From: Pseudomonadota bacterium | GTDB lineage: Bacteria; Desulfobacterota; Desulfobacteria; Desulfobacterales; RPRI01 | Assembly (NCBI GenBank): GCA_018823005.1 | Contig: JAHJJB010000172.1 | Span: forward strand, 1 to 53,009 | Direction: 5' to 3' | DNA: 53,009 nt | Shown here: positions 18,432-27,714 of the stretch, piece by piece | Numbering within the stretch: the stretch's first letter is position 1 | Layout: every line of letters starts with the position of its first letter | Position numbers and translations under genes: made by a program | The notes under the pieces: model-generated | What the model saw: only the letters and a program-made list of their open reading frames with translations | Databases searched by the model: none | Told to the model about the DNA's origin: nothing

Positions 18432-19109
18432 ATGGATAATTTAATAACTCTTGTTATAGCCACCCGAAACAGCGGTAAAACTGCAGAAATCGAAGCCCTC
18501 TTAAAAGACCACCCCGTTAAAATCAAAAATTTTCAGGATTTTGGCCCGATTCCACAGGTTGAAGAGGACGGAAATACCTTTGATGAAAATGCTTACAAAA
18601 AAGCAAGTTTTGCTGCGAGAGTTCTCGGTTTTCCGGTTCTGGCTGATGATTCAGGTCTTGTCGTTGAAGCCCTTTCCGGTGCTCCGGGTGTTTTTTCAGC
18701 GAGATACGGTGGTGAAAATCTGAAGGATGAAGAACGGTGCGTCAATTTGCTCAATGAGATGAAGAACAAACCGAACAGAACAGCTTCTTTTGAGTGCGTT
18801 ATATCAGTTGCGGTTCCAACCGGTAATGCCCTCACGTATGAAGGATGCTGTGAGGGAATTATTGCCGAGGAACAATCCGGGACAAACGGATTCGGCTATG
18901 ACCCCATATTTTATTACCCCCCTTTGAAAAAAACCTTTGCTGAAATGAGTATGGCAGAAAAGAGTGCTGTAAGTCACAGGGGAAAGGCTTTAAATGAACT
19001 TAAAAATGAATTCGAGAAAGTATTGATCTGGATACGCCAGAATATGCCGGGACAGGATAAATTTAAGGTGATGCCGGGCTGTGAAAAGGCTGATATTAAA
19101 ATCCGATAG
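18432..19109 (+). CDS. rdgB: XTP/dITP diphosphatase
   Basis: ATRNSGK, ENAYKKA, ADDSGL, APGVFSARY, GFGYDPIF, SHRGKA. Confidence 0.95.
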   Translation: MDNLITLVIATRNSGKTAEIEALLKDHPVKIKNFQDFGPIPQVEEDGNTFDENAYKKASFAARVLGFPVLADDSGLVVEALSGAPGVFSARYGGENLKDEERCVNLLNEMKNKPNRTASFECVISVAVPTGNALTYEGCCEGIIAEEQSGTNGFGYDPIFYYPPLKKTFAEMSMAEKSAVSHRGKALNELKNEFEKVLIWIRQNMPGQDKFKVMPGCEKADIKIR

Positions 19110-19120
19110 AGGGAGATATT

Positions 19121-21100
19121 ATGCTTACAAAAAAGAAAGGTATCGATATTGTTCAGGAGATAGGGGGAGTAAAAACTTATGAAGCGGCCCTCAAATTTTT
19201 TGAAAAAAGGCTTGATAGTGAAAATCTTTCTAGGATCTCAGCAATAAAGCATGAAGGAGTTCTGTTAAAAATAGCAAATTCAATTGCCATGTGTCAGCCG
19301 GATTACGTTTTTATCAATACGGGGTCAGAGGCTGACAGGCAGTATATCAGAGATCTTGCCATAAAAAATGGTGAAGAAGCAAAACTTCCCATGAAGGGGC
19401 ATACAATACACTATGACCTGAAGAAAGAGCAGGGGCGCATTACGGATCGAACCTATTATATTGCCAACGAAGGGGAGGAGATCAGTTCCCTTGCAAACAA
19501 AACATTAAGGGATGAAGCTTTAAAAGATATCAGGGATAAGATGACAGGGATAATGCGCGGTAAAGTAATGATTGCAGGTTTTTACACGCGCGGGCCTGTC
19601 GGTTCACCCATGTCAAATCCTGCCATAGAGATAACCAGTTCCGCCTATGTTGCCCACAGCGCCGAGATTCTATACAGGAATGCATTCCTCCATTTTGATA
19701 ATGAGGTTAATCGGCTTAGTCATTTTTACACAAACATCCACAGCCAGGGTAAAAACAGGTCAGAAGATCTTCCCAATGCCCGTGTTTACATGGACAGGAG
19801 CTACCAGACAACTTACAGCATAAACTGTACATATGCAGGAAATACCCTTTTGCTTAAAAAGGGAAACCACAGGTTTTCAGTTGATAAGGCTGTTTATGAA
19901 AACAGAGGCTGGGAACTGTCCGAGCACATGTTTATCACCGGTATCGAAGGGCCGGGAGGCCGTGTAACATGGTTTGCCGGAGCTGCCCCAAGCGGATGCG
20001 GAAAAACGACTACTGCAATGGCCGGGAACTATTTTATCGGGGATGATCTTGCCCAGCTGTGGATTGACGAAAAAGGGGCGATCAGATCGATTAATCCGGA
20101 GTGCGGAATTTTCGGGATTGTTGAAGACGTTAACATGGAAGGCGACCCTAACCTTATGTTGCTTCTGAGAAATGAAGGGACAGAGGTGATATGGTCAAAT
20201 GTCCTTATTGATGAGAAGGGTGTGCCCCACTGGACAGGGAACGGCGAGGAGCCGCCCGTAAAAGGTTTCAACTTCCAGGGCCCATGGGAAAAGGGTATGG
20301 TTGATAAGAACGGAAAACCTGTTCCTATATCTCATCCTAATGCCCGTGTTACCCTGACTTCAAAGGCTCTTGCCAACTATTCCCCGAAGAACGAAGATCC
20401 CGAAGGAGTCATCACAAGAGTATTTACATACAGCGGGAGGGACAGTGATACCATGCCGCCGGTAAGAGCTGCCAGAAATCCGGATTACGGAGTTGTTATA
20501 GGGGCTTCGATAGTATCTGCAGCAACGGCAACGGAAGTCGGTGCGACCGGGGTAAAGCGCTCTCCATGGGCAAATGCGCCGTTTATTCCAGGTTCTCTTG
20601 CTGAATATATGGATGCACAGTTCCTTTTTTTCGGTAACAAGAAAATAGCCGGGGAACATAAGCCTGTCATGGCCGGGCTCAATTATTTTCTGACGGAAAA
20701 AGCAAGAGGCGGAACATCAAAAAAGCTTCTCGGCGAAAAAAGAGATGTAAAAGTCTGGCTGGCCTGGCTCGAAAGAAGGGTATATGACGAGGTCATGGTA
20801 ATAGAGACGCCGATAGGCGAAATCCCCGGATATGAAGATCTCAAAAGATTATTCCGGGACTTAATTGGAAAAGATTATCCGGAATCGCTTTACGTTAAGC
20901 AGTTCTCCCTGTACGTTGACAATATAATCGCAATGATCGATCTCCAGATCGAGGCGTATGGAAAGGAAAAGGCGATACCCGGCAAATTGTTTGAAGTCTT
21001 AAATGAGCAGCGCGGGCAGCTTCTAAACCTCAAACAGATATTCGGATCTGTTGTAACACCTGCCGATATGCTTAAACATAATACAAGTAAAACGGCATAA
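19121..21100 (+). CDS. pckG: Phosphoenolpyruvate carboxykinase (GTP)
   Basis: YAGN, EHM, PSGCGKT, GDD, NPECGIFG, HPNAR. Confidence 0.92.
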   Translation: MLTKKKGIDIVQEIGGVKTYEAALKFFEKRLDSENLSRISAIKHEGVLLKIANSIAMCQPDYVFINTGSEADRQYIRDLAIKNGEEAKLPMKGHTIHYDLKKEQGRITDRTYYIANEGEEISSLANKTLRDEALKDIRDKMTGIMRGKVMIAGFYTRGPVGSPMSNPAIEITSSAYVAHSAEILYRNAFLHFDNEVNRLSHFYTNIHSQGKNRSEDLPNARVYMDRSYQTTYSINCTYAGNTLLLKKGNHRFSVDKAVYENRGWELSEHMFITGIEGPGGRVTWFAGAAPSGCGKTTTAMAGNYFIGDDLAQLWIDEKGAIRSINPECGIFGIVEDVNMEGDPNLMLLLRNEGTEVIWSNVLIDEKGVPHWTGNGEEPPVKGFNFQGPWEKGMVDKNGKPVPISHPNARVTLTSKALANYSPKNEDPEGVITRVFTYSGRDSDTMPPVRAARNPDYGVVIGASIVSAATATEVGATGVKRSPWANAPFIPGSLAEYMDAQFLFFGNKKIAGEHKPVMAGLNYFLTEKARGGTSKKLLGEKRDVKVWLAWLERRVYDEVMVIETPIGEIPGYEDLKRLFRDLIGKDYPESLYVKQFSLYVDNIIAMIDLQIEAYGKEKAIPGKLFEVLNEQRGQLLNLKQIFGSVVTPADMLKHNTSKTA

Positions 21101-21105
21101 ACTCC

Positions 21106-22371
21106 TTGCAGACAGCGCAGGCAAACAAAAGCAGGAAGTCAGGAAAGCGCGAACCGGTTCTTGGCGTAATCTTCAGCGGCCGGATGCTTGTGACATTTGT
21201 GATGGGCTTTTCATGCGGCCTTCCCCTTCTTCTCACCATAACATTATTGCAGGCATGGATGAAAGATGAAGGCGTTGACCTTGCGATGATAGGAATGATG
21301 TCCCTGGTCGGCCTTCCCTATACTGTCAAGTTCCTCTGGGCTCCCTTTTTAGACCGTTACATACCGGCGTTTCTGGGAAGAAGAAGAGGATGGCTTCTTT
21401 CCGCACAGCTCCTTCTTGTTTTATCTATTGCCGGACTTGGATTCACCGAACCCGGAAGAAACCCCCTTTATGTCATTTTCGCAGCGATCCTTGTAACATT
21501 TTTCAGCGCAACCCAGGATATTATAGTCGATGCATTCAGGCGGGAAAGCCTTCCCGATGAAGAGCTTGGCCTTGGTTCTTCGCTTTATATCAACGGATAC
21601 AGAGTGGGCATGCTGCTTGCTTCAGGAGGCGGTCTTATAATGGCTGATACACTGTCTTACAGGGTGGTTTATCTGATAATGGCTGCCTGCCTTGTACCGT
21701 GTATACTGGCAACGATTTTTTCTCCTGAACCGGAAATTTCAGAAGGCACTCCAAAAACCATTAAGGAAGCTGTAATTGAGCCGCTTACTGAATATTTCAG
21801 CAGGAAAGGTGCAATATGGATACTCGCCTTTATTGTTTTATATAAAATTGGCGATACGATGGCGAGCGCAATGACCATCCCGTTTTATATTGATATAGGG
21901 TTCTCAAAGACTGAAATAGGTGCTGTTGTCAAGCTTTTCGGCTTCTGGGCGACAATTGCAGGCAGTCTCACGGGAGGGTTTGCAATGCTTTATGTCGGAA
22001 TTAACCGGAGTCTCTGGATTTTTGGTTTCTTCCAGGCTTTGTCGACAGCAGGCTTTGCCTTTCTCGCCCGTGTAGGATACAGTGTTCCGGCTCTTTCCGG
22101 CGTGATTGCTTTTGAGAATTTTTCAAGCGGCATGGGAACTGCAGCCTTTACTGCATTTATGGCAAGCATTACAAATAAGAAATTCACCGCTACCCAGTAT
22201 GCCCTTTTGAGCAGCCTCATGGGTGTTCCGCGGGTACTTGCTTCAGCTCCTACCGGGTTTCTGGCCAGAAATACAGGATGGGAGTTCTTTTTTATTGCAT
22301 GTACCCTGATTGCAATACCAGGCATGCTCCTTCTTTTGAAATTTGCGCCATGGAATCCTGATAAAGCATAA
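21106..22371 (+). CDS. ampG: AmpG-family muropeptide MFS transporter
   Basis: GFSCGLP, KFLWAPFLD...GRRRGW, SATQDIIVDA, ATQYALLSS. Start is uncertain. Confidence 0.9.
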   Translation: MQTAQANKSRKSGKREPVLGVIFSGRMLVTFVMGFSCGLPLLLTITLLQAWMKDEGVDLAMIGMMSLVGLPYTVKFLWAPFLDRYIPAFLGRRRGWLLSAQLLLVLSIAGLGFTEPGRNPLYVIFAAILVTFFSATQDIIVDAFRRESLPDEELGLGSSLYINGYRVGMLLASGGGLIMADTLSYRVVYLIMAACLVPCILATIFSPEPEISEGTPKTIKEAVIEPLTEYFSRKGAIWILAFIVLYKIGDTMASAMTIPFYIDIGFSKTEIGAVVKLFGFWATIAGSLTGGFAMLYVGINRSLWIFGFFQALSTAGFAFLARVGYSVPALSGVIAFENFSSGMGTAAFTAFMASITNKKFTATQYALLSSLMGVPRVLASAPTGFLARNTGWEFFFIACTLIAIPGMLLLLKFAPWNPDKA

Positions 22372-22441
22372 TGATTGCAAGATTCTTCATGCGCGGTTAT
22401 AATATTATCCGCAAACAGGTCAAATCGCCCGGCTTAATATT

Positions 22442-22574
22442 TGATGGCTTTTTAAAACTCTATTTTCTCACAAAGCAACTAAGATCACCAAGAAAATATT
22501 ATTTAATATTAATAGGTTAACTTTGTGATCTTTGCGGCTTGGCGTGAGATCCTGGTGTTTTACGAGGGTTTCAT
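22442..22574. repeat. ~135-bp palindromic MITE/REP-like element, copy B
   Basis: Colinear similarity to 773-907 (TATTTTCTCACAAAG...TTTAATATTAA...CTTTGTG.TCTTTG.GGCTTGG.GTGAGAT...TTTACG). Confidence 0.75.
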
Positions 22575-22606
22575 ATTTTAAGAAAATGACAACTTATAGG
22601 TAAGAC

Positions 22607-24364
22607 ATGATTAATAAAGGAAATGAGTATAACATTGCGGTAAGAAGGTCTGACGCTCTTCTTTCACAACGAAAAGAGATAATTGCGCTTTCTCCGGAAA
22701 AAGCCCTGGACCGCATTCTTGAAGCAAAACATCCGGCTGCCCTTATCCATTCTTTTCCCGAAGAAGACTTTTATTTTCTTGTACATGATATAGGGCTTAA
22801 CGATTCTTATGAACTCCTGGCCATGGCATCCGAAAAGCAGTGGGACTATATTCTTGACGTTGAACTTTGGGAAAAGGACAGGATTGACACAGGTTCAGTA
22901 ACAAGATGGCTTGATATTCTGTTCCGGGCAGCCCCGGACCGTTTCATAAAATGGGCGATTGAAAAGAAATCAGACCTTATAGAATATTATCTTTTTAACA
23001 ATATAAGGGTTGCAATAAGGGAGCACGATCAGGACCCGTCAATTTTCGGAAAAGATTTTGTCACGATTGACGATATTTTCTATATCAAGGTTCTTGACTA
23101 TCCTGAATATGAGGCGCAGGAGCCTGAAACAGAAACAGAAGAAGAGAAGCCAGGGAAAGCGCAAAGAGAAGAGTTTATAATAAAGATGCTGGAAAAGATC
23201 GCAGAGTATGACCATGAGAAATACCAGCAAATACTGTTTGAATCATCGTCTGTTCTTCGGGCTGAGATGGAGGAAGAATTTTACCGCTTAAGGAATGTCA
23301 GGCTTGCAGAAAAGAGTTTTTTACCATTCCATGAAGCAGCCGGCATCTATTCTCCCTTAAAACCGGAAGCGCTTGTGAGCCGGGAAAAAATCTCAAAAAG
23401 AAAGGATGAATATGCTTCCCTGATGCCGGTTCCCCTTTATCCTTACGAGATGCTCAAAGAAGACAATTTGTTTGCAATATCGCTGAAAAGGATTGTAACC
23501 GGTGAAGTACTTCAGAATCTGCAGGTGGAATTTGCAACCCTTTGCAACCAGATTATTGCAGCAGATCAGAAAAACATAAAAAGCAGGGATGAATTGAAGG
23601 AAGTTGTCAGGAAAGCATGCGGATATTTGAGCATCGGACTCGAACGGCTGTTAAAGGCGGACCAGAAAGCTGATGCCTGCCACACCTCCGCAATGATTGA
23701 ACAATATCATATTGCACATATTTTCAGGACGGGTTTCGGGTCAGCTCTTGAACTCAAAGAGAGTGCCAAAAAATGGGTGCAGAATGCCTGGTTTGCAAAA
23801 TTCGGGCTTCCGCTTTCCTTCTGGGGGGAAGAATGGATGGGTGTTCTGGGAGGACTCTTACTAAAAAAACCTCTTTATTTTGACAACTATAAAACTGGCC
23901 GTATTTACAGAGAATTTGCCACCTTATCGGAATTGGCAGAAAGTAGAAAGGTTCTTGAAGAGGTCATGGCCTTCGATAATCTTATGTCCCTTATGAATGT
24001 TGAGATAAGTCAGGTTCAGGACCGCTTTTTAAACCATAAAAAGCTTATCCTGACCCTATTTGCAAGATATCGCCTCGGCCTTCCTGAAGAGGTGACCCAC
24101 GTGCCTTTTGACGATTTCATGCGGTTTTTCAGGCCGATGTGGGAAGTAAGGAGAAAACCCAGAAAAATAAATATTTTGATTAAGGAATCATTTTTAAGCT
24201 GGGTTTCCGAAAGGTCCGGGATGAAATCTTCAGAAACAGCCCGGCTGCTCGGACAAACATTTGAAGATCTTTTTACGGAAATAGAAAACGAGTACGGCAG
24301 AATTGCGTTTAAATATCTTGATCCGAGGTATATCAATCTCTTTCTTGTGCAGAAAAAGGGCTGA
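22607..24364 (+). CDS. Conserved hypothetical protein (DUF6178-like)
   Basis: 585-aa ORF; YFLVHDIG..DS.ELL, D.ELW, RL....F motifs recalled from DUF6178. Confidence 0.6.
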   Translation: MINKGNEYNIAVRRSDALLSQRKEIIALSPEKALDRILEAKHPAALIHSFPEEDFYFLVHDIGLNDSYELLAMASEKQWDYILDVELWEKDRIDTGSVTRWLDILFRAAPDRFIKWAIEKKSDLIEYYLFNNIRVAIREHDQDPSIFGKDFVTIDDIFYIKVLDYPEYEAQEPETETEEEKPGKAQREEFIIKMLEKIAEYDHEKYQQILFESSSVLRAEMEEEFYRLRNVRLAEKSFLPFHEAAGIYSPLKPEALVSREKISKRKDEYASLMPVPLYPYEMLKEDNLFAISLKRIVTGEVLQNLQVEFATLCNQIIAADQKNIKSRDELKEVVRKACGYLSIGLERLLKADQKADACHTSAMIEQYHIAHIFRTGFGSALELKESAKKWVQNAWFAKFGLPLSFWGEEWMGVLGGLLLKKPLYFDNYKTGRIYREFATLSELAESRKVLEEVMAFDNLMSLMNVEISQVQDRFLNHKKLILTLFARYRLGLPEEVTHVPFDDFMRFFRPMWEVRRKPRKINILIKESFLSWVSERSGMKSSETARLLGQTFEDLFTEIENEYGRIAFKYLDPRYINLFLVQKKG

Positions 24365-24502
24365 CGACTTCCGAATTCGCTCAGCCAGTTGAAGATGGGG
24401 AAATAAATCCGTCCCTTTTTTCTAATGAAAATATCGTGGCATGATGCTATAGAAATATAGGGGATTTTTCTGCACCGAAACACTGATCGGGAAAGGAACA
24501 AT

Positions 24503-25012
24503 ATGCTGGAACTGATGAGAAAAAGAAGAAGTATCCGAAAATTCAAGAAGGACCGAATTGCCCAGACCACAATAGATGATTTGAAAGAAGCGGTATTGCG
24601 ATCTCCCTCGTCACGCGGAAACAGACCGTGGAAATTTTACTTTGTCCAGGATGCCGGAGTTATCGCAAGACTGTCCAGCTGCAAGGAAGCCGGATCCTCT
24701 TTCCTGAAAGACGCTTCTCTTGCTGTGGTGGTCTGCGGCGATGAATCTGCATCCGATGTATGGATAGAGGATTGCTCCATTGCCGCTATTATCGTCCACC
24801 TGACCGCTGAGAACCTGGGACTGGGAAGCTGCTGGATCCAGGTAAGAAACCGGAGATACAACTCTGAATCGACCTCCGAGGATTACGTGCGAAACATCCT
24901 TGGTATCGACCTCCCGGTCAGGGTTTTAGCCATCATCGCCATCGGACTTCCGGATGAGGTAAAGGCAGGCCATCCTTACGAGAGCCTCGATCACGGGAAA
25001 GTCATAGCCTAA
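24503..25012 (+). CDS. Nitroreductase family protein
   Basis: RRSIRKF, SPSSRGNRPW, GLGSCW. Confidence 0.92.
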   Translation: MLELMRKRRSIRKFKKDRIAQTTIDDLKEAVLRSPSSRGNRPWKFYFVQDAGVIARLSSCKEAGSSFLKDASLAVVVCGDESASDVWIEDCSIAAIIVHLTAENLGLGSCWIQVRNRRYNSESTSEDYVRNILGIDLPVRVLAIIAIGLPDEVKAGHPYESLDHGKVIA

Positions 25013-25178
25013 AGCCGACAAATTAAGGGTGCGATATTGAACAACGAACCCTTAGCAGGCACACAAGATTTCTGATCCGGCGCACCCATACAAGCCTTCG
25101 GGTGGCAATCGTTGACATTCTTAGAACAATTCTCACAAAGGATTTAGGATAAATCATTATTTTGCGGCCATAATCGTC

Positions 25179-25207
25179 TTGACTCACAGGGTCCTTCTTC
25201 ATATATT
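25179..25207 (+). promoter_or_regulatory. sigma70-type promoter of the MFS gene
   Basis: TTGACT-17 bp-TATATT; predicted +1 falls near GTG 25214. Confidence 0.5.
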
Positions 25208-25213
25208 CCCGCC

Positions 25214-26422
25214 GTGAAAAAGCAACGCCTTATCAATCCAATGTCAGGAGTTATCCTACCGGTAGCGCTCACTCTGCTGGTACAGGCAATGGTTTCAATG
25301 AGCACGGTAGCCATTCCGGTATTGATGTCGGTTGCTGCCGGTGAATTAAATGTTCCCTCCAGCTATGTCGGCTTCTTCATGTCCCTGATTTATCTGGGTG
25401 CGACAGCTATCGCACCTGTCAGCGGATATTTTATCAGCCGGTTCGGGGCAATTGGAGTAAGCCAGGTTTGCCTGATCCTGTGCGCTCTGGGATTGGGGAT
25501 ATTTTCAATCCCGGTTATTTCCATGATGATCATAGGGGCATTGATCATGGGAATCGGTTACGGGCCCGTGACACCTGCCAGTTCCCATCTGCTGGTCCGA
25601 ACCACGCCTGTTTCAATGATGTCCGTCGTCTTTTCAATTAAGCAGACCGGTGTTCCGGTTGGCGGGGCCATGGCAGGCGCGATTGTCCCGCATCTGGTTA
25701 TTCTCTGTGGTTGGAAAATGTCGGCGATACTGGTGGGGGCATCGTGTTTGATTCTTGGCATTTTTCTGCACCGTTATCGGAAACAGTTCGACACAGAGCG
25801 TTCCACTCTATCCCGGCTTTCCTGGAAAAATGTGGTTGAGTCGTTAAAAATGGCTGTTTTCCACCAGGAATTGCGTTATATCGTCATTGCTTCATTTTTC
25901 TTTTCCATGATGCAATTGAGCCTGATCTCTTTTATCGTTATTTATTTAATAGAAGACGTGAAGATGACGCTGGTTCAGGCCGGGATTATCCTGGCTACTG
26001 CCCAGACAGGTGGAATCATCGGGAGAATCGTATGGGGCGCGTTGGTCGATCGGGGTGTAAATCCCCGTCTTATGCTTGGTATTTTAGGCATTGCCATGAC
26101 TGCATGCGCACTCTCATCGGCAGCCTTCTCACCACAATGGCCTTTTTTTGCAGTGCTGATCGTCTGCGCGCTTTACGGATCTGCCGCTATAGGTTGGAAT
26201 GGCGTCTATCTCGCTGAGGTCGCGCGCATTGCAAAGCCTGAATTAGCCGGGATGGCGACCGGCGGGTCACTTTTTTTTACATTTGCCGGCATCTTGGTCG
26301 GGCTGCCTGTATTTTCTTTGGTTGTTGAAAAAAGTGGCAACTACCCGCTCGGATTCGGGATTATTGCAGTCGCAACATTTATCTGTGGCATAGTTTTGTT
26401 GCTTTCTCACAATTCGCGCTGA
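25214..26422 (+). CDS. MFS transporter
   Basis: About 12 hydrophobic segments; FSIKQTGVPVGG; GRIVWGALVD. Confidence 0.9.
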   Translation: MKKQRLINPMSGVILPVALTLLVQAMVSMSTVAIPVLMSVAAGELNVPSSYVGFFMSLIYLGATAIAPVSGYFISRFGAIGVSQVCLILCALGLGIFSIPVISMMIIGALIMGIGYGPVTPASSHLLVRTTPVSMMSVVFSIKQTGVPVGGAMAGAIVPHLVILCGWKMSAILVGASCLILGIFLHRYRKQFDTERSTLSRLSWKNVVESLKMAVFHQELRYIVIASFFFSMMQLSLISFIVIYLIEDVKMTLVQAGIILATAQTGGIIGRIVWGALVDRGVNPRLMLGILGIAMTACALSSAAFSPQWPFFAVLIVCALYGSAAIGWNGVYLAEVARIAKPELAGMATGGSLFFTFAGILVGLPVFSLVVEKSGNYPLGFGIIAVATFICGIVLLLSHNSR

Positions 26423-26438
26423 AGAGAATTTCATACCA

Positions 26439-26480
26439 TTGAAGCCCCGCGCAGCAAGCTACGGGGTATCTCCGTAAGGA
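26439..26480. repeat. Hairpin repeat, IS200/IS605-end-like, copy 1
   Basis: TTGAAGCCCCGCGCAGCAAGCTACGGGGTATCTCCGTAAGGA; similar to 36987-37032. Confidence 0.55.
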
Positions 26481-26766
26481 GTTTTTTTATCGTGTCTGTC
26501 GGAGGTAAGTGGAGTTGCGCTGACCCTGGCAAACGCTTATTCTCAATAGTTTGGAACCATGGTTTTACTGATACGGTAACGCTTTCTGCCGACGTCCAGA
26601 AATTAGAGGGCGTAAATAACATTGGCGACCCTGTTTTTTTCATGCGCAACAACTAAAGCAACAGCGTGGATGGATAGTTGTTAAATGTTATCCGGTTCCG
26701 GATGCTACTGATATTCAGCAATTTATACGGATCAATCTAAACATTGTTGATCCAGAGTGGAGGCGA

Positions 26767-27486
26767 ATGGCGAAACACATAGGAATCGTTGCTTGCAGTG
26801 CAGAGGGGGCCGCTCTTTGCTACCGCACGCTTTGCGCAGAGGCGCCTGTGTTGATGGGCGAGCACATGCACCCCGAGGTTTCCATGCACACCCACTCGCT
26901 GGGAAAATACATGGTTCATATTCGCTCCGGAGATTGGGGGGCGGTTGCAGACCTTATGTTGTCATCTGTTCGCAAGTTGGCTGACATTGGCGCAAAACTT
27001 GCCATTTGCCCGGACAACACCATTCATCAGGCCTTTGCGCTTGTCGCGTCCCACTCTCCCATCCCATGGCTTCATATCGCCGAAGCGGTTGGACGCGAAG
27101 CGCGCATACGGGGTTTCAGTACCCTCGGCATCACGGGAACGAAATACCTGATGACCGGTCCTGTGTATCCCGAGACGCTCAGGCATCTCGGTATTGCATG
27201 CGAGATACCGGAGGCGGCTGATCGGGAACTTATTGACACGATCATTTTCAAAGAACTCGTCAACGGCGTGTTCAAAGAAGAATCCAGGCTGTACCTGAAT
27301 ACCGTGATCCGGAAGCTGAAGGACAGGGGTTGTGATGGTGTGGTTCTTGGGTGCACGGAGATCCCTCTCCTTGTTGATTCGGACGACTGTCCTTTGACCG
27401 CACTCGATTCGACACGTTTGCTGGCCAGAGCTGCATTGCGGGAATCACTGGCAGAGAACCAATCAGCGGATGCAGGTGACGCGTGA
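26767..27486 (+). CDS. Aspartate/glutamate racemase family protein
   Basis: ICPDNTIH and LGCTEIP catalytic Cys motifs, DSTR; GGAGG RBS. Confidence 0.9.
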   Translation: MAKHIGIVACSAEGAALCYRTLCAEAPVLMGEHMHPEVSMHTHSLGKYMVHIRSGDWGAVADLMLSSVRKLADIGAKLAICPDNTIHQAFALVASHSPIPWLHIAEAVGREARIRGFSTLGITGTKYLMTGPVYPETLRHLGIACEIPEAADRELIDTIIFKELVNGVFKEESRLYLNTVIRKLKDRGCDGVVLGCTEIPLLVDSDDCPLTALDSTRLLARAALRESLAENQSADAGDA

Positions 27487-27513
27487 CAGCACTCCTGATC
27501 CGTGTCGTTGAGA
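27457..27513 (+). other. Degenerate attC-like recombination site
   Basis: AACCAAT-CAGCG-GATGCAGG...CCTGATC-CGTGTC-GTTGAGA; 57 bp. Arms CGGATgCAGG/CCTGATCCG carry one extra base. R boxes are imperfect. Confidence 0.4.
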
Positions 27514-27714
27514 CTGTAGAAAAAATCATAAAGCCGGTTTTTCTTGCTTATAACCAGTTGGTTTTACAATGTGTAATTTCCTGAAGAAGGGGCGTAAATA
27601 CGCACCCATACCCAAACGGAACATATTTATGACATTTGCTATAATACCCATAACTTGTACCCGCTTTGATTTTTAAACCTGGGATATCGAATCTCATTCG
27701 CCAGAAATAAGCCA

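Noticed and set aside
25008-25060. Hairpin after the nitroreductase as an attC site
   Set aside because: The TAAGGGT/ACCCTTA arms have no extra base and there is no correctly spaced GTT.
26431-26652. 73-aa minus-strand ORF
   Set aside because: Runs into the hairpin repeat; no motif or RBS.
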